From the NCBI GenBank assembly GCA_964304625.1, contig OZ199839.1, positions 4,203,292-4,267,291 of the forward strand: DNA of 64,000 nucleotides. The letters are read 5' to 3'. This DNA comes from Kudoa neothunni. Taxonomy: Eukaryota > Animalia > Cnidaria. Numbering within the stretch: the first letter of the stretch is position 1; every line of letters begins with the position of its first letter. Of this stretch, positions 26,801 through 40,400 are shown piece by piece. The translations under genes were made by a program, and so were the position numbers. The notes below the pieces were generated by a model. It did no database searches. It saw only the letters and a list, made by a program, of their open reading frames with translations, and was not told the DNA's origin.

Positions 26801-28918
26801 TCTAAAACCACGAATAACATTGTTTACAATTTTAGAAAGTTTTTGATTTTAAATACTTTACTGTTATTACTGTTGAGAGAAGTGTTTGATGTGCTTATTA
26901 GTTTCTCCTGCAAAGAGCAGCTTAGCTTCAAAAAGTAAAATAAAATGAGAATAAATTTTTAAAGTATTGAATATACGTCATTAAAGAACTCAAGAAAACA
27001 ATTGTTGAATTTGATATCCTTTATAACGGTATGGATTTTGGGCCAAGAGTCGTCATAATTTTTCTAAAAATGGTGCCATTTTAGATTATTGTTATCACCG
27101 CAGCCAATGCATACCAGACTAGAAATCAAAGCTATACATCTAACAATTGTTGTTGCATTTAAGTTTTTATATTGAATAAAAAAAGATTGGAGATAGTTCT
27201 TCCGCAGTAATACATTTGTTGAGAAGCATTGTTTTCAACAATGAAACAGCAAAATCCAAAGTGGCACCAGTTGGATGAATATTTTTTGATAGGGTAGTGA
27301 ATAATAATTTCTAATGTACCATATTGATAATCGATACAACCAGTAATAGTGCTTTCAATGTTAAATGTTACTTTTAGTCGCTCACTATAGTTGTTAAAAA
27401 GCTCGGTAGCTTTAGAGCGATGTATCAATTGTAGGTAGGTGAACATTTGGCAGAAATGATACGTGGAGATTAGAGTTAGTTCTGTGTCAGTATTTTTTCC
27501 GCTGGTTAAAACTTTAACAATGTTGTTTAGGTTAGAAATTATCTAACACGCCGATTTCAAAATGAATGTAATACTAAACATCTTTTTAATATTACATTAT
27601 CTTTTGGTAATGTGTTGTCAATGGCCAGATTGACAAATTCAGTAAATAAACGCTATAGAATTGTTCAAATCAGCAACCAAACAATCAACATAAGTTACTG
27701 GATGGAAATATATCAGTACACAGAAAAAAGCTGCTATGTTTTGGCGGTACTTGGAAGAATCCATCATTTTGTTCATTTTTTCCAGCAAACCCCACACCTG
27801 TTCCACAATAGTATTGTCAGGCTGACCGAAATGCTGGTTGAATTTTTTTGGGTTGTTCTCAACAAGTAGACTGATGGCCTATACGAAATTTTTCATTTAA
27901 TATATTTTGAGAGTTAAAAATCATAGTCTCATATCAATAAAGTTAAGAAAATTGCGTCAGCTAATGAGAAAAGCGGGAATAATCACCTCGATCGACTTGC
28001 AAATCAGTAAAACCTTTATTACTTTTTTTCGATATAAGCATACTTGAGAGGTCTGAAAAAAAATAACAGCGATTTTTGACAATCGATTATTAACCAAATA
28101 AAAAGTTAGCCAAATGTTGGAAATCCATCTCCAAACAACTATATAATGAGCCAAGAGTTTGATCGTCATCTCCTTCTTTATTTTTGCCTTTCACTCTTAA
28201 TTTTTTGTTTATACCACTGAAGAGTTAGTAAATACCGCATATTAATACACGTAGAGACCAATTCAAAATGTTTGGTACTCAACAGTCGCAAATATTTGCA
28301 TGCGTACACCTCAATATATGGGTCAAATGGCCCATCTTCATTGGTGACAATCTACGATGGATGATTGGTTCACAACGGAAATCACATACAGAAATATAGG
28401 AATTACTCGAAGTAGTATACTAATAAAATATCGCAGTTGCTGGTTTGTCAACTCAGAATAATGTTTTGGATAGTTCTACAAGGGTAAATCAAAAGATAAA
28501 TTACAAATGATTTATTACCCTTTTAAGCGATTTATAATAAAGGTAAAACCAAGATTTTTTATTCACGGCAGATTCAATTTGCCAATTAGGCTAAACGTAT
28601 ATCAATAAATATACACACAAAGAAAAACTAATTTATACTTTTGGTGTATCCAGATGGCTGAAACTTTGAATCACGTCACCAAAAAAACTTGAAAATCCCT
28701 GGTTTCCAATCTCGTCTAATGTTTTTTGAATATTTTGGTATCGATAGATAAATTCATGCTGAGATGCGATACTGAAAAAATACTAAAAAACAAACATCCA
28801 ATTCGATATATTTCTAATTACGCACAAACAGGTTTACATGTTTAGCACTGGGGTTGACGTGTGAAGATTCTCCCGGTTTAGATTTTTCACATCTTTTATT
28901 TTGCTTGTACACCCTCAT
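14878..28918 (-). CDS. NF1: Neurofibromin (RasGAP-Sec14-PH, HEAT-like flanks), many short introns
   Basis: RasGAP motifs on the minus strand: arginine finger QVLFRSESGALKL (~20750), YEVDSRRI..NNNRNNL, SIFCLRFFNPQI (~20300-20340), KILQNIAN..KEEFMQPFD (~20110-20165), followed by a Sec14-like segment (PWILVIDAYGF). Long helical N- and C-terminal regions. Stop TGA at 14878; start ATG 28918 is tentative. A ~2.9-kb intron (~21290-24200) contains a transposon. Confidence 0.85.
19607..19630 (-). repeat. (AAC/AAT)n microsatellite encoding poly-Asn inside NF1
   Basis: gttgttgttgttgttgttattatt; ORF 19487-19846 reads SLNNNNNNNNDSS. Confidence 0.8.
21981..23188. mobile_element. Non-autonomous pogo/Tigger-like element in an NF1 intron
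   Basis: TA|CAGTAGGTG ... CACCTACTG|TA termini with TA TSD; motif GTGCCC(A/T)CGA(G/C) repeated at ~21987, 22005, 23000 and 23149; decayed minus-strand coding remnants. Confidence 0.8.
22176..22247. mobile_element. 72-bp hAT (Charlie-like) MITE nested in the pogo-like element
   Basis: Perfect 8-bp TSD ATCTAGTC (22168-22175 and 22248-22255) around CAGGGGTTCCCAACT ... AGTTAGGAAGCGTTG. Confidence 0.85.
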
Positions 28919-29863
28919 TCTTTTTGGTGAGAAACGGAATTACTATCAATATAATCACCCTTTATCTAACAATCTTATGCGCGTGATTTTGTTGTACTTT
29001 TTAACACCTTATCTACTTATTTGAAAGGGTATAATCTTGAAACACTGAATGTGTATATATGATATAAGACCGAATCACTTTAATCTTATCATTTATATGT
29101 TAAATATTAAGTATAATTTATCTAAGTATTAATTTTACGTTGTTTTCGTCAACCCAGGCCTAAAGTCGAGTCAACCCTAACCAGTTTACTATTTAAGTTA
29201 TGGGATTTAAAGCTTAGTGTATGAGCGAAAAATCGAATATAGCGTTAGCTGTGAAACTAGATTTTAATTCTTCGAATTTGCATATATAAATCGTATTTAT
29301 TGTATACACATCAATGAAATACATTGAAACAATGTCAACTATATATTTTTCTGCCCTATGTCCGAATTATAAAAGAAAGCAGACAATATAAGATAGCCGA
29401 ATAATTAAGATAAAAATCTCAATAACATATCTTTTTCTGTTATCTTCCAATACAAAGGTGACAAACTTTATAGGATAATCCTGGTTTTGAAATAGATCAT
29501 TGGCTACTTTTTTCGATATTTATTATTCCAAGTAAATTGTTTTTGAAGGTTTTCTTAAAGTGAAATATGTCATATGACTATGCTACATGAATAATTCCTC
29601 AGTTCTACAAACGTTTCCAATATCAAGTAAACGATATCAAATAAATAACTTGGTGCAAATCTTATTGGCTTAACGATAATTACCATCTAAGTCGACTAAA
29701 AGTGGAAAATTTGATATACATCAGAAAACACAGCTAATTCGTTTCTCACATATACTTTTTAAGTTTTTAATAATTTTTGATCAATTATTCTAAATTTAAG
29801 AATTCTTTTTCAGTACAGTTAGTTGTATCTATAGTTAGTAATAAAGAAACGTTTAGCATAACG

Positions 29864-32171
29864 TAATGTTTCCCGACCTTTTTTATCCGTTGTTCATATT
29901 TTTTCAAAAAAAAAGATTTGATGACACATATAAATATTAAATAGATTGAATAGAATTAAACGTTAATAATGTTTATTTGTTGATAATATTTATTTTCAGT
30001 ATTATGTATAAAACTCAATAATAATTAAATTTGTGTACTTTTAATATAATTATTGTTAATATGTTAATTAAAGAATATTATTTAGAATCACTTGTGCTGT
30101 GAATTTTCAAGCTTTAATATTACCTTTTAAACAAACATTAATAAACCGCTAAGCTTGTCTTTAATCGTTTTTTCGTATTTTAATAAATGTTTTAAATATT
30201 AATTTTATGTTATCATCAGTAAAAGTTACAAATTATCAATATTTGTTTACATATTCTCCCATATTCAATGTGACGAGGGAACAATAATTTTTTATTTATT
30301 TCTCACTGTTCATAAAAAAATGTGAACAAGCATTGTAGCATGTATTCTTTTAAACTCAATATATTTAAACATAATATTTATACCACTTTTTCGAATATAA
30401 ATTTCCATTATCTAATATCAATGCTTTTTAATCCGTCTGACACTTAAAAATAATTTATTCATATGGTAATTAACTTTTTATTACAAAAAGATACTATTTC
30501 GTTATTCATTACATTGTTATATATATATTAAATAGATATAATAGTGTTTGATAATACTTTTATTTGTAATATTTAAAAATTTAATGTAAACAAGTATAAA
30601 ATATTACTGTAACATTAGTTTCTATCAAGAAAGGAATGAATGATCATATCAGAGAATAAGACGTTGACTTGGTGTAACACCGTTTGACGGAGATCTAGTT
30701 TAATGTAATTTTAGTTATATTAGTAATTAACCAATAATGTTGACTATAATATGAAAAACAAATTTTTTACAGAACAGGATTTTTTTCCATCCGCAACTAT
30801 TCTACAAATCAAATTTGTTTAACGCATAAATAAAGATTAATTATTTATCATAATTTTAATGAAAAAATTATACTTTTTAAAATATTCAACATAAACAATT
30901 TAATTATTTAATTTGGGAATAAAATATAATATACGCCCAAGGGTGTTGTTATCAATGTTTAAAAAATTACTTTTTTTAGTAAATATTTTAGGTGATAAGA
31001 AAACTATTTTTATTAAACGTTTTAATTATTTAGGTTTATGTATTAATTAATAGACATTGTCTTTTTATGAAATATACGCTTTTTAAACATAATACATTAA
31101 TGTGCTTGATGAGTACTTTAGGGAGTTATATTTTTCTATTGAATTGTAACACAGACAAACGCCGATTATCTAGAAAACTTTTGACAAATTATTTTCCTTC
31201 CATATAACGAGATTTCGGTTCATCTAACAATTATCAATATTCAAACTCAATTAAATCAAAATATAATTTATAATATCTTTCAGATAATACGATTTTCGGA
31301 TAGTCGACAGTTCTTTATATTTCACCTAAATGCGCATGCTTAATTTACAGCATATTGTTTTCGTTGTATAAAATATATTTTATTGTTCATCTAATACACG
31401 TTAATATCTTATTTTGATATAAAACCGAATTTTTTAGTTTATAATTTTTTTTATATTAATTTTGAAGTTAAAACAAACGTATAAATTCATTATCTCCCCA
31501 CAAATGGTCATGACGATATAATTTTCTTTATTGAATACTTTTTTTAAGTCGTGAATGATTTTGAAATATGTGTGGAAAAAATATATGTGCCATTCCAAGT
31601 GTTTCAAAATGATTCATTGCAATTTTATTTGTAAATTAAAAATATCACGTATTACAATCAATTATAAATACTGTTGTATACACACAAATAAAATAAAAAT
31701 GTGAATGTTATTTAAAATTTACTCCTTTCATAATTTTCTATTGTGTTCAATAAAATATTTAGAAATTTTATTTCGTTGATTATAAATATGACCGACAGAT
31801 CAATGATAAAAAAATACAAATTGGATCGTACGAAATATATTCTCATGAGAGAGCTACTTGGCACATTACTTTGTATAATACAAATCATTAATTTCGTATA
31901 ATTTGATGTAATTAACTAATAAAATTCCATCTGTAGAGTAATTTCAGATTAATAATTCGGCGAGAAAACTGAAGTGTTGTAAATACCTTTAAGTTTTAAT
32001 AGTTAATTTTGATGTGCAATGTAATTTCTAAATATGCTCGTTCCATATACATATTTAATGGATAGTTCTACTTAAGTATTAAGTAATTAAAAATCCAGAA
32101 ATTCTTCATAGACCTCCAAAAATCTGCCACAACCCACCTGTGGAGCATATGATCAACGATTGGTAAGACTG
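29864..32171 (-). mobile_element. Heavily decayed hAT-like element (possibly two fragments)
   Basis: taatgtttcccgacctttt at 29864 and ttggtaagactg|ctctagaa at 32171 resemble hAT termini. Faint minus-strand remnants ICRIVADG (~30790) and LKLH*TRSPSNG (~30690) resemble the hAT xDG and LLHxxVRWLSRG motifs. TSDs do not match. Confidence 0.4.
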
Positions 32172-32789
32172 CTCTAGAATTGTACTCTCTATTTAAATAA
32201 AATCATAGTTTTACGCATATTGTTGCAATTCATTTTAGTTCGTAGCGGAAATCCAAAGAAATTTGTAGTTTGCAGCACATCATCCCTTTTTATCAATTTT
32301 AGTGACTAGTCTGTTTACTGGTTTTCAAAATAATTTCTTTTTTAATTTTTTCTCATTTGCATGAGCATAATCTTCTTTAAATCAGATTCACAAGGTATAA
32401 TTTTGTAAAAAAGAGAAAATTTTTGCGTTGGGCATATATATTATGGTTTCTGATTCATTTCTAGCAAGAAACTGAACACCAACGTTGATATGTAAGTTAA
32501 ATAATTTTGAATTGTATATAATTAAAATGAATAAAACAAAGGAAGTTTTAACTAGTTATATAAAAGTTTAAGCTTAGCCATACACCACCATATGTTGATA
32601 TGAATTTATAAAGTGAGTAATTAGAATAAAATACAAACTTTATATTAAATATTGAAATTGTTTATGATTTTAGAATGAATTTCACATATATAGAACTCTC
32701 ATCTCGCCTAAATCCATATGACTAATTAGACCAACTGTTTTCCAAATGTTTTGTTAATAACAAGCTGGTTGGACCATTATTCATGTACA

Positions 32790-35340
32790 AAATGGTATCG
32801 TTACCATCGGTTATCCTATAGTATTATGGAGTCGGTAACTACAGAGCATTCTCAATCCGTAAAATATTATTTTTAAAACTAAGATCGGTTATTCAATTGA
32901 TAAGTGAAGTTTCTAGCATGTATTTATATTTGAATTATCTACCTATCACTATCGTCAGAGAAACATCAACCACGAGTTCTAAACAAACTTGCTCAAAATG
33001 GTAAAGCAGTTCGCAAGGCAAAAGAAATTAAAACTGAGTTTGACCAGAAAAGGCGCAAGAAACATCGATGGGGGACTGCAAAGAAAATATTATTTACCGA
33101 AAAACATATAGTAAGGTAATTAAAGTAAAGTAGGTATAGTGAGGGAATGGTAATAAGTTGTAACTGATAATGATTAAGCGTCAGCGTTAAAGAGGTACTC
33201 GTACACATATTGGAAATGGGTTTCAAAGTCATCCTCAAAGTCATCACAACTGAAACTGTGTACTGCGAACTCGAGTTCATCACATACTTCTGAACAACTC
33301 ATCTGATCCTTTCGTTGGAGGTGTTGTTTAATGTGTTCGAACACACCATCCATTGGATGCTCCTTGTTAGCATACGTAGGTGGAATGATGATGAAATTGA
33401 AGGAGAAGTCTGAGTAACATCGAGAAACATGATTGAACGCAAATTGCAACTGAGGAGAGTAGTCAGAAACGATAGTGACACTATATTTATGTTGTTCAAT
33501 AAATTTTTCCTTTATATCTTGAAGAATATTTATGTAGTTGGAGAAGACGATTTTATCCCAGTTGAGCGAAACGAATGCGTTATTGTTCTTACCCATTGCA
33601 ACTAAAACATCAAAGCTCATTTGAGTTCTGTGTTGAGAGGGTTTATTTTGTCTCAAGGTGTAACTAAAATTATCAAACATTTCGTCGTGGTAATCGACAG
33701 TGAAATTATAGACTTTTTTTCTGAGAAAAAGTACATCTTGGATGAGCTCGGATGTTTCCACGTCCATTGCGTAGCTAAATTAAAACGAAGAATAATTTAA
33801 ACTATCGTTGTGCAACTGTCCAATAATGATATTTTACCTTAACAATGAGTAAAGCTCGTTTATAGTAAAACTTCCCATCCTTCTAGTGAAAGAAGGGGCG
33901 ATATGGTGCTTAACACTCATGAACGAAGAAATGAAGGAACTTGAAACTTTCCTTTTGATGCGATTCGAAATCATATTCGATAATGTGTAAGGACTAAGAT
34001 CGTCGTGCCAGGTCAAAATATGCCGTAGATACTCTTCTTGTGTAAACGTCAACTGACTCAATTCGTCAACATTTTCGCTATGCAGACGGACAGTTAGCTC
34101 GTATTTCAGATGATAATATATCTTTTTGACACTAGCCAGTGGTAAACCTAGCTTGGCTGCAACAACTCTTGGACTTGCTCTTTTTTTCTGAATGAGTAAA
34201 TAAAAATTTAAATCAATAAGAAAAGAAGAAAAATTTGATTTTTGTATCACTCTGATAATGTCCTAATAGTCCAATAATTACTGATAAGCATACTAACGTA
34301 CACATAAATAGGAAATTTTCGTGACACATTCGCATCGTTAAAGTCAATAGATATATTAAAATATAGGAATTATTACTCGTATCAATCGCTTCATGTTTTG
34401 AATAAGAGTGGTCTCATATTCCAACTGACCGATAGAAGTAGAATCCATTTGATCAAAATGCTCACAGTCGAACTTTTATTAGAATCAGCAATGTAAACAA
34501 GAGTTGCATTGTCACAAGATATTTGTTGCTGCCACTTCATTTTTAGGCTTTTAGTTCATTTTCCAGGGTTACTATTTTGAAATAAACTATTCAAGCTGCC
34601 ACTGTTATATTTTAGGTGTGAGGCGTCGCCTTGAGTGTTGGTCGCTTTTTTTGGGAATTGCCTAGCAAATAGATTCGACCTAATGTCACGTTTTACACTT
34701 CATGATAGTTAAGAATTGTTGTAGTTATTTCACAACAACAAGAACTTAACCTTTGAATGATGATGCTATTAACAATTAGTAACGCTACATCATTTTAACA
34801 AGCCTCAAGGTTTTTTCTACATACTGATTAATCGTTTATATTAATTAATGTAAAATGCAACATTCTTGATCTGAAACGTATTTCTAAAACATGCCGACGT
34901 AAATATATCTAAGCACTCATCTGTTCATTAGATAACAAAAATAATCTTCGGTACCATCACAATGACCTAGGCCTACAATTTTTGAACACGTCTATTGAGC
35001 GTATAGAAAATATGGTTCAATATTTTTTAGCTTCACGGAAAATTTGAAATACACAGAGCCAACTAATTTTTAACTTGGCGTTTTAATTTATTCAGCACAA
35101 TGGAAAAACAAGTAAACATTTTATTTCTTTAAACCTTCATAAAAATTAATTCACTGATCTTTTCACAGCTTCAAATAATTAACGCTTTTCATACCTTATA
35201 CAAAAAAGAATAATAATTTATATGAATTTTTACATGGAAGTATTTTAAGGAGGATATATTATGAAGAGGAAGACGGCGAATCGAATAATTTTTATCGTAG
35301 AAAATAATTAATTTATTAAAAAGAACACACACTACCAATA
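32790..35340 (-). repeat. Inverted segmental duplication, copy A
   Basis: Coding, intronic and flanking sequence aligns by eye to the reverse complement of 52640-55256, e.g. ttgggaattgcctagc at ~34651 vs gctaggcaattcccaa at ~53390, and aatttatatgaattttt at ~35215 vs aaaaattcatataaatt at ~52744. Boundaries approximate. Confidence 0.85.
33174..34448 (-). CDS. Intron-containing, transposase-derived protein (Tc1/mariner-IS630 type, predicted catalytically dead), 340 aa
   Basis: Exons 34448-34377, 34187-33838 and 33774-33174 (GT-AG introns of 189 and 63 nt) join into an uninterrupted 1023-nt CDS. HTH1 SPRVVAAKLGLPLASVKKIY; HTH2 LTFTQEEYLRHIL...RKVSSSFIS; RNase H-like remnants VLFLRKKVY / VTIVSDYSP / IIPPTYANKEHPMDGVFEHIKQHL. 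Confidence 0.8.
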
Positions 35341-37430
35341 ATTATCCCAACAACATCAAAAGTCTGATCTGATTCTGCTCAATGGGCGGAATTATAATTG
35401 CACTTAGGTCACATAGAATAGCGAGCGTACATTCTAACCGAAGTTTCATCACCGAATGCAAAAACAGTGACCTTATTGATGCGTTAACTTACAATTTAAT
35501 GAATATTAATCTACACTAAATTTCCATTCCAATTATATAGTGGGCGTGAGGAGCGTTTAATGCTTTATAGGAGGTGAGAACCACATTTATAGTTTGGAAG
35601 CGTTGTTTAATTGTATCACTATTAGATCCTACAGACAAGATAATCACAAATTTCCCTTTTTGTTTGTGCATTACGTTAATATTCTATTAAATAAGAAAAA
35701 TATAATGCTGTATAAACTCCTATATTTGATGGAAGAGCACACGGAGGAATATTTTTTTTAATATTACGTACGGTACTTAAACACATAAGCATCTTCCCAA
35801 GTAATTCGGCTAACAATTTAAAAAATACGAAAAAATTGCCATCAACCTCATTTCCAATAGAACGAAAAAGTAGGTGATTAAGGTCAACACAACACTTTCA
35901 CGAACATTGCAATTTGATTGCATCGCTTTCATTTTGAATAAGATATAGAAAAATATTCATCAATAAAGTAACCCAAAATAAAGAGCTTAATTCCATGAAT
36001 AATTATTAACAAAGTTATATATTACAGGCAACATAATCTTCCTTCAAAAGTAACAAGCTGGTCATCTACAGTGACATCCCGATTTGTAGTATAACATAAT
36101 GATAGGATATAAATTAACTTAGGTAGGATAAACGTCACGAATCAAACCAAATTTTTGTTTTTCTCTGCGCTCACCAACGCTGTAGTCATCTAATTACACA
36201 GATCATGATATAGATTTGAACTTTCGAATCTATATCGGCGACGTATTTGGCTATCTTCGATCACATTGATTAGCTCCGGTTATTGTTTAACTCTATATTT
36301 TTATGCACGTCAATTAAGATTAATTTTCCTATATACTCTATATATTAAATACACTTCACGTCCTTCTAGTTTACCCAAGTGCATTATTCATTATTTATCG
36401 TAAATATTTGTATTTTAAGAAATACGTTGACCCATAACCTTAGTAAAAAAATATTAAGACATTCAAAGATATTTTTTTATACATTTAAAGGAGTGAATAA
36501 TAAAATCATGACAGAAATTCATAATGTTTTAGAAGGAAGTTTACTATCTTCAAAAATTCTATGGAATCGTCCGAATATTCTAATTTAATTATCACAATAA
36601 TAATCGGATGTTAAGGACTTATTGTTTATGTAATAACTTACCTGAACACGTTGTTTAAGTGATACAAATAGAGAAAACAGGACTCTGCCAAGCTCAAGGC
36701 TATTTCGAATTTTTACAACCATAATTCTATAAAACTAAAAATTACTAATAGCTTATCACAGATGTAAGAAAATTCAATTAATTCATTAACTAATTAAATA
36801 TTCGCATTTATAAATATTCCTAAAAGTAAAAAAATATTTTAAACATCACAAAAATCCGTGAATTTCACAATAAAAAGCTAAAGATCATTGTAATTTTAAT
36901 GGTATATTTAAACGGATTTATTATTGTGGTATTATTTTAAATTAGTTGTCATAATGATCACCATGTTCACTTTTCAAATATGGAAACATCTCTTTTTGTA
37001 TTTAAAAATCCAAAGTAAGACAATTCAAGATTTTCACTTATTATTTGGTGCTAAAATAAATAAATTTACAAATTATTAATAGAGTGTCATTTATAATCTT
37101 GGGAGTAATTTAAGCAACTTTACTACTTAATGGGATTGTGGCGCACGCATAAAATCGTATCAAACAATCTATTAGCAATGGTATCGATTCTAATGTTTGA
37201 ATGACAAAATTATCTCACTCTATATATTGAACCAAATTATTTAAATACATTATTTCCTGATTTTACAGATATTATTAAATTTTATTGTGCAATTAACTTG
37301 AAAAACATATAATTTCAACTTTTTAAACAAAATTGTATATTTTTTATTGATTTTAAATGTACAAAAATAATTATAGCGAATTTATAAAATCACAACAATC
37401 AGCTCTCCACTGAATAAACTTATTATTAGT

Positions 37431-37440
37431 CTGCGCACGC
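37431..37440 (+). promoter_or_regulatory. Candidate promoter element TGCGCACGC (NRF1/Ewg-like)
   Basis: GC-rich motif ending 28 nt before the FLII ATG in very AT-rich context; related motifs precede UTP6, NF1 and the TPR-like gene. Confidence 0.35.
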
Positions 37441-37467
37441 AATTTCTATTTACAATTTTTATTATCT

Positions 37468-40400
37468 ATGGGTGACTATTATAAGAGCATTTTGGGAATA
37501 GATTTCTCCAACTACGAATGCAATGTAATATATTGATGTGAATTATTGTCGATAAGATGCCATTTTCGGCCGATGGATAGGAATGGTTTAATAATGTGAC
37601 AGATAAAATGCAAAATTTGGAATCCATCAAAATGGATTACACACATTTATCTGATCTTGAATTTTTGTCCAAATTTCATAATTTGGTACTTTGATGGTTG
37701 ATTTGATATTTTGTTTTAATGAGTGGCTGGTGTAGGAGGAAATTAGTTGTAGAAATAATAATCTCGAGAGTTTGCCCGATAGAGAAGCTGAGCAGCCCAA
37801 CCAACTAAAAGTTCTCATTAAAATTATTTATGTCATCACGATATTTACGGATTGTGGTAGGTTTTGAAGTTATCGAAAAACCGTTTGACGTTTGAAACCC
37901 TAGAAAATTATCTAACTAGATACGATACACTTGAAACTATAGTAATATTATTTCTTTTATTAGTTTTATTTATTAGTGTTGTTAGGATTTATCAGAAAAC
38001 AATCTTGAGGATATTCCTCTCTCCATAAAAAACCAACATAATCTCATCGTGTTAAATCTATCAAAGAACAGGTAATTCGACAAATAGAGATGATTTAGAT
38101 GAAGCATTTGTCTTTTAGAATATCTTCCTTGGATCGTGATGTGATTTTTGTCGGTCATTTTATTTTTTAAAGTCGTTTCTTGTAGCTATTTACCGATATG
38201 GAACAACTAAGATTTTTGAATGTATCCCGCAATCTGCTGGGTATTTTTGGGTTTCTTTTAATTGATGTTGTATAATGTTGTCTATAGAGGAAATGCCTTT
38301 CAACATTCAATGTCAGGAGATACAACAAATGGTAGTGGTTGGCGTGAGGATAGATTTAAATTATATTTATAGGATTTAAGCTATAACCCTTTTAAAACCT
38401 TGGACTCTGAGTGAGAGTGATCTGTTGATGACTCTAATTGAATATTTAGTTTATTTCTTAATCTATCATCAATTAAAATATTGGATCTCTCCCATGTCAA
38501 TGTAAAAATTAATAATTAATGTTATTCGTCGATGTGGGGGAATTTTAGTTGCAACAATTATCTGAAAACACCAATCTTTTTACATTGTTTTGTCCCCTAA
38601 CTAACTTGATTGGTATTTCGTTCGAATTTTATTTCATTATTAATTTACTGCCACTAATATAATAGAACTCAATGTATCACATAATGAATTGAAAGAAAGT
38701 AATTTATTTTAATTTACAAATAAAAATTTGATTTCTATTGTTTAGTTCCTTTGTCTGTGTACGAGATTGTTTCGCTCAAAAAACTCAATCTCTCACACAA
38801 TAAAATAACTATGATATCGTCAAAGATTTGTATACAAATTTTAACTACATAAGACTATATGTGGCCATTAAAATTTAATCCCTTTTAAATTAAATTGCGC
38901 ATATGCAAAATTATTTTTAGCCCTCGAACACCTGAGGAAAAAAGTTACACAAATACCATGTGGTGGCCACATGAAAAAATGTATTAAAATAATTATTTAC
39001 GTTATTTTTTACATCTTGAAATCTAATAAATTTAGTAAAAAAATCAGGGATGCATTTTTGTGACGCTTATTTGCGCAAGTGTGAAGAACGGGAATAATTA
39101 TGCTTTTATGTATGTTGAATAGCGTGAAAAATTAGAGATAAACTGTTTCATTTTTCATATTTTTCTTCCCATTATTATTTTAACAGATACGATTTTGTTT
39201 TAATCTCAAAATCCATGATTTTATCATGAAATCTCTTCACCAGTTGACAGAAATATGTTAAAGTGTCAAGTTGTTATAGAAACCAAAAAATGGATGTTAA
39301 TTAATTCCTTGCTTCAAAGTATAGTAATAATGTTTATATTACCACAGATAAGCTTTTTTATATATTTTAACTAATTAAACATTATTATTTATAAGGTGGG
39401 CAGATTCAGGTATTCTTGTAACTTTTTTTCTTTTTTTGATTTTAAGCGGAAGTATTAAATATAAAACTCCATTATTTAAGTATCTTTAAGAACACCATTA
39501 TACTATAAAATACACCAAGGGGAAACAGATAATAAATTATTTTCTAGCGTTATTGATTAACAAGCGTTGATTGACCACCTCCAGGTATTCGAGGGCTGAC
39601 TATTATACAACTGTTATTTAATAAGTTAACAAATGTATTTTCATAAAAAACTAATCGAATTAATCGATGCATTATATGTTAAAAATAATTCATAATAATT
39701 AATCTTAGTCAAACTAATAGGATTAAATTCTAACGGACAAATAGTCATTACTTCCTTTTTTTATAAAAATCTAATTTTACTCCTGAATAGCCCATTTGGT
39801 TGAGCTCACTAGTTTGAGTTTGTCTTCAAATAGACTGGGAACTTTACCAGTATATTCGTTGTTTTTTCGTTTTACTTTTAATTGATTACAGTCTGCAATC
39901 ACCCACCTTGTCAGTTTGAGATGTCTATACTTGAATGGTAACTTTAAGTGTGATATTTATGGAATGTATTTTGTTTCTCAAGACAACAAACTCAATCTGT
40001 ATACAATTCCCGATAGTTTTGAAAAATTGGAGAATCTAGTATATTTTGTATAACAATTGACAAATGAGGTTCAATTTTTCGTAAAGACGACATTTATGTG
40101 TGCATTCAATGAGCTCACTTCTATTCCCAAGTCTCTGTGTGAATGCGGCCAGCTGAGCACTCTGATCGTCAATGACAACGATCTTCAAACTGTTCCCGAA
40201 GAGATTTATTATTTAAAGAACATGAAAGTCGCTTTAAATATAATCAATGCAACTTTTTAAAAAATCTATAGACCTTTGATTATCGCAATAATCCGAATTT
40301 CGTTATGCCAAAACGTCCCTCACTCGATAACGATGAATTTCGAGGAATGGATTTCTCTTATGAAAATGTGAAAAATATGGTTATCACCATGTTGAAACAG

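Noticed and set aside
28700-28760. Apparent premature stop after an ATG near 28757 in NF1 (MNLSIDTKIFKKH*)
   Set aside because: A different frame is open through this exon and joins an upstream exon starting at ATG 28918; no frameshift or recoding is needed.
32993-33499. ORFs 32993-33283 and 33299-33499 (and their counterpart 54759-55025) as separate genes
   Set aside because: Alternate-frame shadows of the transposase-derived exon 3; their similarity between copies is explained by the duplication.
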